A DNA stretch of 64,000 bases from an uncultured Fibrobacterales bacterium (GCA_963934255.1 CAWVXU010000003.1:10465-74464), one strand, 5' to 3'; positions 31,098 to 40,796 are shown, counted from the first letter of the stretch. Made by a program: numbers and translations. The notes: generated by a model from the letters alone, not told the origin.

Positions 31098-32765
31098 TTA
31101 TGCCAACTCAAAGCAAGGATAATCAAATCTACACTGAAATTCTGTTGTTTTTTCGTAGTGACGCCCCTGTCCTAGAACAGCTAAAGCCCCTGAATCAGTC
31201 TTATTTAGGCGAATATGATAATCTTCTCTAGGCTGATTAGAGAGAGTATCAGTTGGATCCAAAACAAGTACCACAGCAGCACCCGTCAGGGCTACAATCT
31301 TATCCAAAGATAATGCGAGTGAAATGTTTTCACCTGATGTAGTGATTTGAGTCCCACTAAAGCCAGGTAATTTAGGCATACCGTCAATAATAATGGTTGT
31401 ATATTCTTTTTGTTCCCATTGAGCGGCGCCTCGAACACGTTTGGAAATCAAATCCCCAAATTCAGCCACGTTTTTTTCTACACCAAGCAGATGTAAGAAA
31501 TCAAGATTGGGATGTTTGGCCGTTTCGCCACGCCCTCGAGCGACTTCCCAAACTCGCTGGACAAAACTACTTGAGTCAAGCTCCATGTTAACATAAAGTA
31601 CTCTCGACTCTTCTGTGGCAATATCCATCCATGAACGACCATGAGCAATCGCTAGTGCCATATCAATTGAAAGCCATGACTTACCTGTGTTCTTATCTCC
31701 CACAAGGATCACTTTATGAGACTGACGAAACATATCATTGAGAAGCTCTAAAGTTTTGGCTGGGGGTTCTTCATATTCTTGAGCTTCTTCAATTAAAGGA
31801 TCACCATCCAGATAATCATTGGCCCAAACTTGCCATTTTTCAAAATCTTCCGCTCCAATATTTGATTCCATGAGGTGACACTGTTTACCTCCAATCAAAC
31901 TACCCGGGATAGAAACAAAAGCCAAAGGATCGCCATCATAGGTATTGACATCAAAATCATTTTCTTTGCAAACTCGATTGATGACACTGACTTTGGCTAG
32001 ATAGTCCGTCCGGTCAAAGGCACTAATATCCACCCAAGCTTGGAGGTATTTACCGCCGACATTGACGACTGCAGTACAAGGTAGATTGACCGCTTTGAGA
32101 TAGGCTAGCTGCATCCCAAGTTCCATACGGCGACTTTCCACCAAGACATATTTATAGCGAGAAAGGTCCGATTCTCTATCACCAAGAGTTGAGTTTAATC
32201 TCAGCCACGCACCGGTTTCTCCATCAAAACTTCGGGAAATTTTGAGCAACTTATTTTCATCAGCCAACAAATCTTTGACTAATTGAATAGAGGATTTGGA
32301 TTCTTTGTTTTTGGTGATAGCAACATTGTCGGTAGGCTGAAAACATATGGAGAGTAATTTGATAAAATCTTTGCGCCAATCATCTGCTGGCCATGGGATG
32401 TTTTGAGATTCAATATTCAGACTGCGTAAGGCTTGTCTTCGTTTCATAAAAGGATGAAAAGCGGCCATTGATTGAGCATCAGTTGTACCCGATTGAGTAT
32501 TTGCCCTAGAGGTTGAAGCAGCTTCTGCTGAGTCCCCACCAAATGCGGCTTTACGCTGTGCTTTTTCAAAACCTTCTCGGAGTAAATGCTCGACTCGATC
32601 GGAGTTAATCCCCAGCTCTTTAGCACGCGACCCAAGTTGGAATGAACTTTCCATAAAGGTCCAACCGCGCGCAAATGCTTCAACACAAGCATCATAAAAA
32701 AGCCCTTCAGCCTTATCCGGATCGAACTCAGAGTTCATAAATTCGGTAATTGGACTTATTGCCAT
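31098..32765 (-). CDS. AAA_25/RepA-like ATPase fused to a degenerate phage-type primase domain
   Basis: Walker A GDKNTGKS, VLYVNMELD, Walker B IIIDG; N-terminal part GAWLRLN...YVLVES...LP...GGK resembles phage primase-helicases; GGTGG SD. Confidence 0.75.
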   Translation of the reverse strand: MAISPITEFMNSEFDPDKAEGLFYDACVEAFARGWTFMESSFQLGSRAKELGINSDRVEHLLREGFEKAQRKAAFGGDSAEAASTSRANTQSGTTDAQSMAAFHPFMKRRQALRSLNIESQNIPWPADDWRKDFIKLLSICFQPTDNVAITKNKESKSSIQLVKDLLADENKLLKISRSFDGETGAWLRLNSTLGDRESDLSRYKYVLVESRRMELGMQLAYLKAVNLPCTAVVNVGGKYLQAWVDISAFDRTDYLAKVSVINRVCKENDFDVNTYDGDPLAFVSIPGSLIGGKQCHLMESNIGAEDFEKWQVWANDYLDGDPLIEEAQEYEEPPAKTLELLNDMFRQSHKVILVGDKNTGKSWLSIDMALAIAHGRSWMDIATEESRVLYVNMELDSSSFVQRVWEVARGRGETAKHPNLDFLHLLGVEKNVAEFGDLISKRVRGAAQWEQKEYTTIIIDGMPKLPGFSGTQITTSGENISLALSLDKIVALTGAAVVLVLDPTDTLSNQPREDYHIRLNKTDSGALAVLGQGRHYEKTTEFQCRFDYPCFELA

Positions 32766-32915
32766 ACTACACCACCAGTAATAAAAATTTATCTAGTCCT
32801 AAATTGACAATTGACAATCAATCAGACCCTTTCAAAAAATATATGCATATCGATCAATAAATCACCCTAAATTCCTCAATATTATCTAAAAACTGAATTT
32901 TTCAGGCGGTAAAAC

Positions 32916-32943
32916 AAAAAAGACGACCAAGAGGCCGCCTTTT
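32916..32943 (-). terminator. Intrinsic terminator after the chitinase gene
   Basis: Minus strand AAAAGGCGGCC-TCTT-GGTCGTCTTTTTT. Confidence 0.65.
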
Positions 32944-32994
32944 CATTAGTCTGTGAATTGGATTCTGTCGATTGGGGGTTCGAAAGAATTCCGA

Positions 32995-34293
32995 CTAACG
33001 GACTAATAATTTTTGTGACATTGAGGATACAGCACCTTCGGCGGAAATCTCTAAGAAATAAATCCCCTGCTGTAACTCTTGAGACCACTGAGTCAGATCA
33101 GTATTAGAACCAGTATTTTGAACTTGAACACCGAGCGAATTCGTTAGTTTCACCTGAATATTTTGACCATTGGAATTACTTAATTGAAGGTAACTCTTAT
33201 TAATTTCTAATACTTTAATTCCTAATTCTAGCTCATAAAAATCTAGCGCAGAAGCAGTTTCTGAACTCGAAGAAACTTCCCCAGATGAACTCACAGCCAC
33301 TTCGCTAGAGCTTGAAGCAACTGATGAGGAGGAAACCGGGATAACATCGTCGTGATATTGTGGGGTGACGACTTCGTTAATAGCTTTAAGAAGTGAATAT
33401 TCGTGGTAAATATTATCCTGGCTCACTTCCCAAATCATGATGCCCGCATAGCCTTCATCTTTGACATATTGTGTCTTTTTTTTGATTAGATCATAACCAT
33501 TAAAATAATGACCGTCCCAAACATCGACTGAGGGCAATATATCTGGGTTAGCAGTTAATATTTCAGAATATTTTATCGTACTACTCCAGTTTTTTAATCC
33601 ATAAAAAGGAACTCCGACGATGATTTTACTTTTAGGAACACCTTTATTGACCCAATAATTAATGTGGTTCACCATTTTATCATAAGAAGAATGATTTTGA
33701 TCCCAACCGCTTTCGACCCAATCATCATATGCCATAATATTGACATAGTCCACGTTGGTAAACAAAGATACCGGAAAGTACTTACCATTATAACCAGTCG
33801 CTGGGACATCAACACTTATGGTGGATCCTGCAGGAAGTGCGGTCTTTAACTGAGCTAAAAATGTTGCATAGTTATTTTGCTCAGTGGTTGATGAAGGGAA
33901 TTCCCAATCAATATCTACACCAGTGAATTGAAAATCATCAACAAGCTTGACAATGTTTTCAATAAAAGTTGCCCTATAGGTGGGGCCAGTAGCACTAGCA
34001 AATCCGCCAGAATTGTTATTACCACCAATAGTTAGCACAGCTCGAGTGCCTCGAACAATGGCAATCTCAGCCCACACTCCTCCATCATTTGGGTTGAGTG
34101 TGGCAGGTAAAGTCATTGTCCCGTTGTATACAGGTACTGCAGTGAAAAAATTTAGCTGGGACAATGATTCGATGTGCTCAAGTTGAAATCCAAAACCAGA
34201 TCCATAATCCGGAAAAAACCCAACCACTTCGAATGACCAACTCGATATTGTCAAAATTAGGGTGGTAATAATTGCTTTGAATGATTGCTTCAT
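32995..34293 (-). CDS. Secreted GH18 chitinase-like hydrolase with Ser-rich linker and T9SS-type CTD
   Basis: Likely start MKQSF at 34293 (GGAG SD), signal peptide, TIGG, FTGVDIDWEFP (DxDxE), MAYD, GVPFYG, GIMIWE; SSSS linker; GIYFLEI...KLLVR. Confidence 0.9.
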   Translation of the reverse strand: MKQSFKAIITTLILTISSWSFEVVGFFPDYGSGFGFQLEHIESLSQLNFFTAVPVYNGTMTLPATLNPNDGGVWAEIAIVRGTRAVLTIGGNNNSGGFASATGPTYRATFIENIVKLVDDFQFTGVDIDWEFPSSTTEQNNYATFLAQLKTALPAGSTISVDVPATGYNGKYFPVSLFTNVDYVNIMAYDDWVESGWDQNHSSYDKMVNHINYWVNKGVPKSKIIVGVPFYGLKNWSSTIKYSEILTANPDILPSVDVWDGHYFNGYDLIKKKTQYVKDEGYAGIMIWEVSQDNIYHEYSLLKAINEVVTPQYHDDVIPVSSSSVASSSSEVAVSSSGEVSSSSETASALDFYELELGIKVLEINKSYLQLSNSNGQNIQVKLTNSLGVQVQNTGSNTDLTQWSQELQQGIYFLEISAEGAVSSMSQKLLVR

Positions 34294-34377
34294 TTTAATC
34301 TCCGAATTTTCACTTACTCCCATTCTATATTCTTAAAATCGTGAGAGTTCAATCAGATTGAAAGATTCGGACTCAAG

Positions 34378-34453
34378 CTGTACACAATGGCAAAAAAGTG
34401 ATGAAAGAGACAAAAACCTAAATAAATGCTACGCGTACACTCAATGTGTACAG
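34378..34453. promoter_or_regulatory. Candidate operator: GTACAC-N5-GTGTAC palindrome plus a third half-site
   Basis: GTACAC 34435-34440 and GTGTAC 34446-34451; CTGTACACA (34378-34386) is the exact reverse complement of TGTGTACAG (34445-34453); lies in the divergent promoter region. Confidence 0.5.
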
Positions 34454-34503
34454 AGATTTAATTACTTGTGTCCGATGAGCAATTGTGATATTACTTTATT
34501 AGT

Positions 34504-35361
34504 ATGGATAAAATTTTTCAATACACCGATTATAGGCAATATCTCAAAGCTTATTATGATTTTAAGAAGGAAACGACTTCTTACTTTTCATACCGATATT
34601 TCTCTTTGAAGGCTGGGATTAATTCACCTTCCTACCTTAAAAGTGTGATTGAAGGTAAACGCAATTTATCCAAAGTTTCCACTGAGAAATTTATTCAAGG
34701 GCTAGGGCACTCAGAAAAAGAAGCTCAATACTTCCGAGTTCTCATTTTATTTAATCAATCAAGTGTGCCTGAAGAAAAACAACAATTCTATACTCAGATG
34801 CTTGCCATGTCAGATTTTGTGAATGACACCAAGCTCTCGTCTAACCAATACCAATATTTGAAAAATTGGTACACCCCTGTTATCCGCGAGTTAGTCAGCT
34901 ATTTCGACTTTGAAAATGACTTTCAACTTTTAGCAGATGCAGTCTTCCCACCGATTACTGAAAACGCCGCGAAGCGTTCTTTTGAATTTTTACTCAAAAG
35001 TAAATTAATCAAAAAATCTCCCGCAGGCCTTTATAATCAAACCAACCGAGCTCTGACTTCCGGCAAAGATCATCCGGAGACTCTCGGACTAGTTCGAAGA
35101 AACTACCATAAACAGATGATTCAAAAGGCTGCAGATAGTCTTGATGAAGTTTCCATTGAAGAGCGTCTGGCTATGGGGATTTCTGTAGGGATTTCTAAAA
35201 CGGGATATGATGTGCTTCTTTCTGAGATAGCAGCATTTCGAGAACGCATAATAACTCTTGTTGATAAAGACCAGGCGACTCACCGGACTTATCAATTTAA
35301 TATTCAGCTTTTCCCTACGAGTTTTGGTCTTGATGAAATTCACGAACGGAGTGAAAAATGA
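34504..35361 (+). CDS. TIGR02147 / DUF4423 family putative DNA-binding protein
   Basis: IFQYTDYRQYLKAYY, FSYRYFS, SPSYLKSVIEGKRNLS (HTH-like), WYTPVIREL, YHKQMI, YQFNIQLFP. Confidence 0.88.
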   Translation: MDKIFQYTDYRQYLKAYYDFKKETTSYFSYRYFSLKAGINSPSYLKSVIEGKRNLSKVSTEKFIQGLGHSEKEAQYFRVLILFNQSSVPEEKQQFYTQMLAMSDFVNDTKLSSNQYQYLKNWYTPVIRELVSYFDFENDFQLLADAVFPPITENAAKRSFEFLLKSKLIKKSPAGLYNQTNRALTSGKDHPETLGLVRRNYHKQMIQKAADSLDEVSIEERLAMGISVGISKTGYDVLLSEIAAFRERIITLVDKDQATHRTYQFNIQLFPTSFGLDEIHERSEK

Positions 35362-36959
35362 AAAACCTCAATTCTCATTCCAATATTTTACTCAATCTAA
35401 CTCTAGCCAGCCTGTTCACCTTCATGTCAATGGGTTGTTCTGATACCCAAGTCGCCGGTGGATCAACCACCACTGAAAATGGCATCGTAACAGGAACTGT
35501 CACCAACTCACAAGGTCAAATAAAAGCTCAATCTAAAGTCAGCCTACTACCTAATAACTTTGATCCGCTTTTGGATTCAGATTCTTTAATCCAAATTTCA
35601 GAAACTGATTCGACGGGTTACTTTGAGTTTGAAGTCGCCCTCACTGAAATTGAAGACAATATTGAAAACAATCAAGCAGAATATACCATACTCGTTGAAG
35701 GAAATACTGAGGCCGCTCTCTTAAGTTCTATTACCTCATCCACAGAAGGGTATCAAATCACCACTGGCCAATATTCAGTTCTCACTATTTTCACCACTCA
35801 AATAGACACACTCAGACTGATCGGAACTCCCTATTTAGGCATACGTGTGGACTCATCTATTCATTTTGATTTACTCGCTCCGGGTACTTATGATGTCCTG
35901 CTTTCCAACTTATCCAATCCTGATTACACTCAGGTCTTAGTCCTTGAACCAGGTGATACTATCTCATTAAACGATCAAGCAGAACCAGTTATAGTGATTG
36001 AACCCATTGACTCTATTCCCCCGATTATCACTGATACATCTCTTATCCCTGACACCACGGTTACCGCGACCTTCCCTGTCAACTATGTGCCGATTGACCC
36101 GAGTTGGGTTGAGCTCTATACTCACTCAAATAAAATTTATTCCCTGGCTTATGAAAGTTCAACTTGGTGGGTAGGCACAGAGTCTCAGGGTATCTGGTCC
36201 TCAACTTTTCTTTCTCTATTTGTACAAAATGGTTCTGCTCAAACGGCACAAAATCGAGAAGCAATACTCGACTTTAAATTATGGACTCAAGACTTGAACA
36301 GAAACATGGTTATGTATGGTGATCAACATTGTTATGTCTATATCAACTCGGTCTATGCTGAAGTGGGGATCACCTTCCTTGAGTCACACTTTGGCGACCC
36401 TTGTCTCTTTTCTCACATTGACTCTGAGGGGCAGATCTATTTAGGTTTTAACAATGTGATTGAAAAAAGGAATACTTCTGGAGGTTGGACGGAGATTTTG
36501 CTTGATGAGGTTTTGGGGGTCACTTCTCATGCATATGGGTCTTGGGCTTGGAATACTCAATCGGAAATCATTCAGCTCTCTGATCTATCTGTTATTTCAC
36601 TTCCAACCGAGTTTGAAGCTTCAAGTCAAGGACAAATATCTTCCATGGTCAAGACAAATGAAGGCTTTTACTTCACTACAGCCTCCGCTATCCACTTCTT
36701 TGACGGCGTTAATTATACCGAAATAGCTCAAATTGAGTCAGCTCGTGAGCTCATGGTGAACCCTCAAGGTCAAATCACAGGGTTGAGTGGAACGACGGAC
36801 TTTTTCATCTTTGATAATCAAGAGTTGACTGTTTTTCAAAATATCAATTTATCCAACTCTAGTGGTACTTTAAAGATGACTCAAGTGGGGACTCAGTTTT
36901 ACTTCACTCAGGGTGAATTTGACCTCGTAGAAGTGACTATCCCTCCCTCACTTCAATAG
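35358..36959 (+). CDS. Lipoprotein coupled to the TIGR02147 gene (beta-sandwich domains plus probable beta-propeller)
   Basis: ATGA overlap; lipobox SMGC then SDTQVAGGSTTTENG; TDSTGYFEF carboxypeptidase-regulatory-like domain; Pro/Thr linker; WWVGT, IYLG, FYFT blade-like repeats. Confidence 0.75.
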   Translation: MKNLNSHSNILLNLTLASLFTFMSMGCSDTQVAGGSTTTENGIVTGTVTNSQGQIKAQSKVSLLPNNFDPLLDSDSLIQISETDSTGYFEFEVALTEIEDNIENNQAEYTILVEGNTEAALLSSITSSTEGYQITTGQYSVLTIFTTQIDTLRLIGTPYLGIRVDSSIHFDLLAPGTYDVLLSNLSNPDYTQVLVLEPGDTISLNDQAEPVIVIEPIDSIPPIITDTSLIPDTTVTATFPVNYVPIDPSWVELYTHSNKIYSLAYESSTWWVGTESQGIWSSTFLSLFVQNGSAQTAQNREAILDFKLWTQDLNRNMVMYGDQHCYVYINSVYAEVGITFLESHFGDPCLFSHIDSEGQIYLGFNNVIEKRNTSGGWTEILLDEVLGVTSHAYGSWAWNTQSEIIQLSDLSVISLPTEFEASSQGQISSMVKTNEGFYFTTASAIHFFDGVNYTEIAQIESARELMVNPQGQITGLSGTTDFFIFDNQELTVFQNINLSNSSGTLKMTQVGTQFYFTQGEFDLVEVTIPPSLQ

Positions 36960-37031
36960 TTGCTTTATCAAATAAAAAACCTACTTTCTACACTATAAGT
37001 CGGTATTTTTAAAACGACCCTTGGAGGTCTT

Positions 37032-40000
37032 ATGTTTTTGGCCCATTTCCTGATATTTATATCCCCGATGATGGCCTTGGCAGCTATTAATGTTGAGATT
37101 AAAAACCCCAAGTGGGATGACGCTTCTTGGGTCTCTCATCAAGATGACTTCAGCATTTGTAATAATAGCCCTATCAGCTACGTACTTGATGGGGTCAGGT
37201 ATCAAACACCTGAGGTATCTGCTTGGACTGTCTCTGAACCTGTTCAAGGAAAAGACAAGACCTATGATTTCAAAATCCCCGAGTACAAAAAACGCGTAGG
37301 TGGTAACCAATGTCTCACCTTTGACACTGGATTTACCGGAACTCCAACGGGCAATGACTGGACCCCCTATGACCCACAAGCTTTGGTCAAGACCGGATAT
37401 TGTGGTGGTCTTTCGCAAGAGCCTAACTCTAGTCCGATCACTTGTGCTGAGGCAATCTCTTCGACTCAATCAGGCGATTATTATAATGAAAATTACTGTT
37501 TAATTGACGGTTTTGGCACTCGTGGTGGCCCCATGAGTGGTGGCTGGATTGATACTTTTGAAGGTGAGACTCAAATTCAAGTAGCACTTCCTCAAATTCC
37601 TTTTAACCAAAATAGCACCTTTATCACTTTTGAGCCTGATGAAATGGGTGGTCCGATGTATATGATGGCGCTTGCCATGGGCCAAGAATATATGCACATG
37701 GATATGCAATTTTTGATTGGTATTGGCGGGGGTGAAAACTTCACAGGTATGGTGCACTGGGAAACCATGGGTGAAGTCGCTGGCCCTCGAGCAGGTTTGC
37801 TTTATGGTACCGGTAATAATGGAATGAATGGCGTTGATTTTGGTCCTTTTTCGATTGAGCCTCCTACGATGGGTGATAATGTTACTAAGAGTTATCCCAG
37901 CTTCTTCCCTGAATACCCCTGTCTCAGTGAAGAAAGTGCCCCCGGATGTCCATCTGGTCATGACATAGCCAACGAATACATGCAAACTCCTGGCACAGGA
38001 ATGGTCGCGCCCAATTCCCCTGAGATGGCTGGAGCCGTGATTATTTCAGGTCTAGGCTTCTGGTTTATTTATGATCTAATCGCTAATGCAACTGACTTTT
38101 GTATGGCACAAGTCATTAGTGAAGGTAAAGATTCTTTAGCCGCGATGAAAATGATGGGTAAAGCTTATAATAAAGGAATCAACTCAGGCTATGAAAATCC
38201 ATTTTCAGATCCAAGTGCTATTGGCATGGAAGACATTACCCCTTTACTCGGAGCCGGCGGTGGTTTCTATGTAGAAAAAGCCTTAAAAGGAGCCTACCCT
38301 CTCGTTGAAGCCAATCATAACTCAGAGGCTTGTGGTGGAACAGAACCTATTTATGACGCAAAAATTGACAAGAAAACTCTCCAAGATTTTTTCTTTGGCA
38401 CGGATGGCACACCCACAACTCTAGGCCATGGAGGGGTCATGCATCACTTCAGCGCTACACCAGAAAAACGAGAGGAAATGTGGGATGATGTCATGTGTGC
38501 ATTTAATTCATTAAGCTCTCATTGGTCCAATGAAACGCCTTCTATCAGCTACCGATATGATTTCATTAGCATACTTCGAGTAGCTAAAAGGCACTTCAGT
38601 GTGGCAAGACCTCTTCCTAATAATTTCACGTACACCAACTGGCTACTCACAAGAACTGAAAATCCAGTTGCGTGCGATGGGACAGTCATTGATGAAGTTT
38701 ACCCTTGGTGGGAGATTCAATCTAAAGTTCAATCTAGTGATTTCATTATCGAAATCAAGGTTGAAGACAATGATTCCATTGCTAAGGTAGAATGGAGCTT
38801 GGGTGATGAATGGATAAGCTGGGAACAAGCTACTTGGAAAAATGGCACAGGCAAAGGTGATGCGAGTTACAACATTCAAATCCCTCAGTCGCTTCTTCAA
38901 GAAATGGGACTTGAGAAAAGTCACTTCTTATGGATCCGAACAACTGATGGATGTGGAAATTCAACGATCGGCAAGACACTTATAGAGGGTCAACCGCTTC
39001 CGAGTTTAGACTCAGCATTTGTATATGATGTCAATGGAGATGGTGAGGCAGATTCAATTCATGTCTACGGATCTGAATTTGAAGGTCCTGATGCCTCAGA
39101 AGCCATTAAACTTTTTGAATTTGATAGTTTATCATATGCTTGGCCAAATATATCCACACACTACCTAAGATCCCGAGCCGACTTCGAGAATGGCGAGTTT
39201 AGTATATTCGATAACGAGCTTCGAGGATCAAGTGGACAAGGCCAGGCCACACTATACATACAAGGTGGCCCTCTGAACACACCTATAGAAGACCGTATTG
39301 GTCCAGTTATATCTTATGCTGCAATAACCGATTACCCAGTTGCATCAAAAGCTGACACTTTGATAATCCTCTTTTCTGAAGCGATTCAACTCGATTTCAA
39401 GACCGACTTCTCTTACCTTTTGGTCAATGGCGTTGAGGTCAGCTCTAGCCAAGTCAAGCACATTAATGGCCAACTTTACCATTTCATATTTCCTCGCGGT
39501 ACGATCGTTAAGGATGATTTAGTTAAAATTCGATTTGAGTCTGAAATTACTGATGTCAATCAAAACCCTGCACTTGCGATCAACCAAGAAGTCATTGTCA
39601 TACTCGATGAAGGACCTATTGGACTTGCCGATTCAGGTCATGGTTTCTTTGATATGAATAATGACGGAACAATGGACCGACTTGTTATTAATTTCTTAAG
39701 ACCAGCACAAGGGAAGCCCATGGATGTTGAATTGAATTGGAAGGACGATGATGATGATATACAGCTTCATACTCTGCTGATATCCGATGCCCAATTTACC
39801 AACACCCTAGCTATCTGGAACTTTGACTCTACTTTAAATTTCGCAACAGAGACAACTTACTATGATTCGACTCAGTCCAACTGGGGGCAAGTGACTGTCA
39901 CACAAGACAATCTGAGTAATGGTGAGCAAACTATTCAAGTTTTCAATCCAAAAGATCAAATGCCACCCATTGCCATTGAATCCTTCCTTCAATTGGGAAG

Positions 40001-40796
40001 CACTCTGACTTCGGGCGATCAATTGAGAGTTAAATTTTCTGAGCCGATGAATACTGAGATTAATTATAGCTTAAACCTTTTTAACATCTATACACAAAAC
40101 CAACCATCAAGATCTCCACAGAATTCAGATATGTCTTCTAATCGCTGGACTAGTAAAAACCACTCCATCATTGTCAAGTACAAAGGTGAGCCCTTAGAAC
40201 GTCCTCAAATTGGTGATAGCCTTAATCTTGTTTCGGAACAAATTGAGATTCTTGAAGACCTTGCCAAAAACCAACCCTCCGTATTCAACCCTTTAGTTCA
40301 AATCAGAGGTAAACAAACACTTCAGTTTTTTGGACCTGACTTAGTTCATTATGCCAAGTTTGATCAGCTCAACCAAAAGCCTCCAAAAGTCATTGCCTTT
40401 GACCCTCACGCTCTAGAGTCTGATGCTTCTCTTCTCCACGATAACCTCCCGGGTATCGGATTTGACTTTGCCTATCAGGATCAAGCAGGCGTCAGCCGAG
40501 AAGAAATGAAGCTTGACTATGAGGTTTTCTACTATACCAACTTAGGCGGATATGTCACTCACAAGGCCGGAACTTTGACTTGTTTAGATCTCGAAGATTT
40601 AGGTGTTTATGGGGCTTGTGACCCAACCAAGGTGGGTCCGTCAAAAAAAATCCGACTCTTTATTCCTTGGAACTACAAAGACAAGACTGGCAAGCTTGTA
40701 GGAAGTGGCGCCTATATTCAAAAATCAACAGTGACGATCAATCACCTAGAAAAAATTAAATCTAGTTCGTCAAAACTCATTGGAATTAGACGTTAG
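37032..40796 (+). CDS. Large secreted multidomain protein with putative lysozyme-fold catalytic domain and Fibrobacterota-type C-terminal domain
   Basis: GGAGG SD, signal peptide, N-terminal Trp-containing beta-domain, E235/GPFSIE/AYNKG motifs, DVNGDGEAD and DMNNDGTMD Ca-loop motifs, C-terminal YTNLGGYV...WNYKDKTGKLVGSGAYI...IGIRR. Confidence 0.75.
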   Translation: MFLAHFLIFISPMMALAAINVEIKNPKWDDASWVSHQDDFSICNNSPISYVLDGVRYQTPEVSAWTVSEPVQGKDKTYDFKIPEYKKRVGGNQCLTFDTGFTGTPTGNDWTPYDPQALVKTGYCGGLSQEPNSSPITCAEAISSTQSGDYYNENYCLIDGFGTRGGPMSGGWIDTFEGETQIQVALPQIPFNQNSTFITFEPDEMGGPMYMMALAMGQEYMHMDMQFLIGIGGGENFTGMVHWETMGEVAGPRAGLLYGTGNNGMNGVDFGPFSIEPPTMGDNVTKSYPSFFPEYPCLSEESAPGCPSGHDIANEYMQTPGTGMVAPNSPEMAGAVIISGLGFWFIYDLIANATDFCMAQVISEGKDSLAAMKMMGKAYNKGINSGYENPFSDPSAIGMEDITPLLGAGGGFYVEKALKGAYPLVEANHNSEACGGTEPIYDAKIDKKTLQDFFFGTDGTPTTLGHGGVMHHFSATPEKREEMWDDVMCAFNSLSSHWSNETPSISYRYDFISILRVAKRHFSVARPLPNNFTYTNWLLTRTENPVACDGTVIDEVYPWWEIQSKVQSSDFIIEIKVEDNDSIAKVEWSLGDEWISWEQATWKNGTGKGDASYNIQIPQSLLQEMGLEKSHFLWIRTTDGCGNSTIGKTLIEGQPLPSLDSAFVYDVNGDGEADSIHVYGSEFEGPDASEAIKLFEFDSLSYAWPNISTHYLRSRADFENGEFSIFDNELRGSSGQGQATLYIQGGPLNTPIEDRIGPVISYAAITDYPVASKADTLIILFSEAIQLDFKTDFSYLLVNGVEVSSSQVKHINGQLYHFIFPRGTIVKDDLVKIRFESEITDVNQNPALAINQEVIVILDEGPIGLADSGHGFFDMNNDGTMDRLVINFLRPAQGKPMDVELNWKDDDDDIQLHTLLISDAQFTNTLAIWNFDSTLNFATETTYYDSTQSNWGQVTVTQDNLSNGEQTIQVFNPKDQMPPIAIESFLQLGSTLTSGDQLRVKFSEPMNTEINYSLNLFNIYTQNQPSRSPQNSDMSSNRWTSKNHSIIVKYKGEPLERPQIGDSLNLVSEQIEILEDLAKNQPSVFNPLVQIRGKQTLQFFGPDLVHYAKFDQLNQKPPKVIAFDPHALESDASLLHDNLPGIGFDFAYQDQAGVSREEMKLDYEVFYYTNLGGYVTHKAGTLTCLDLEDLGVYGACDPTKVGPSKKIRLFIPWNYKDKTGKLVGSGAYIQKSTVTINHLEKIKSSSSKLIGIRR

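Noticed and set aside
31098..32765. Prophage or ICE around the primase-helicase-like gene
   Set aside because: No integrase, structural genes or att repeats are visible; neighbours are clpC and a chitinase.
32960..33000. GGTTCGAA T-loop-like sequence suggesting a tRNA or attachment site
   Set aside because: No cloverleaf, acceptor stem or nearby integrase could be found.
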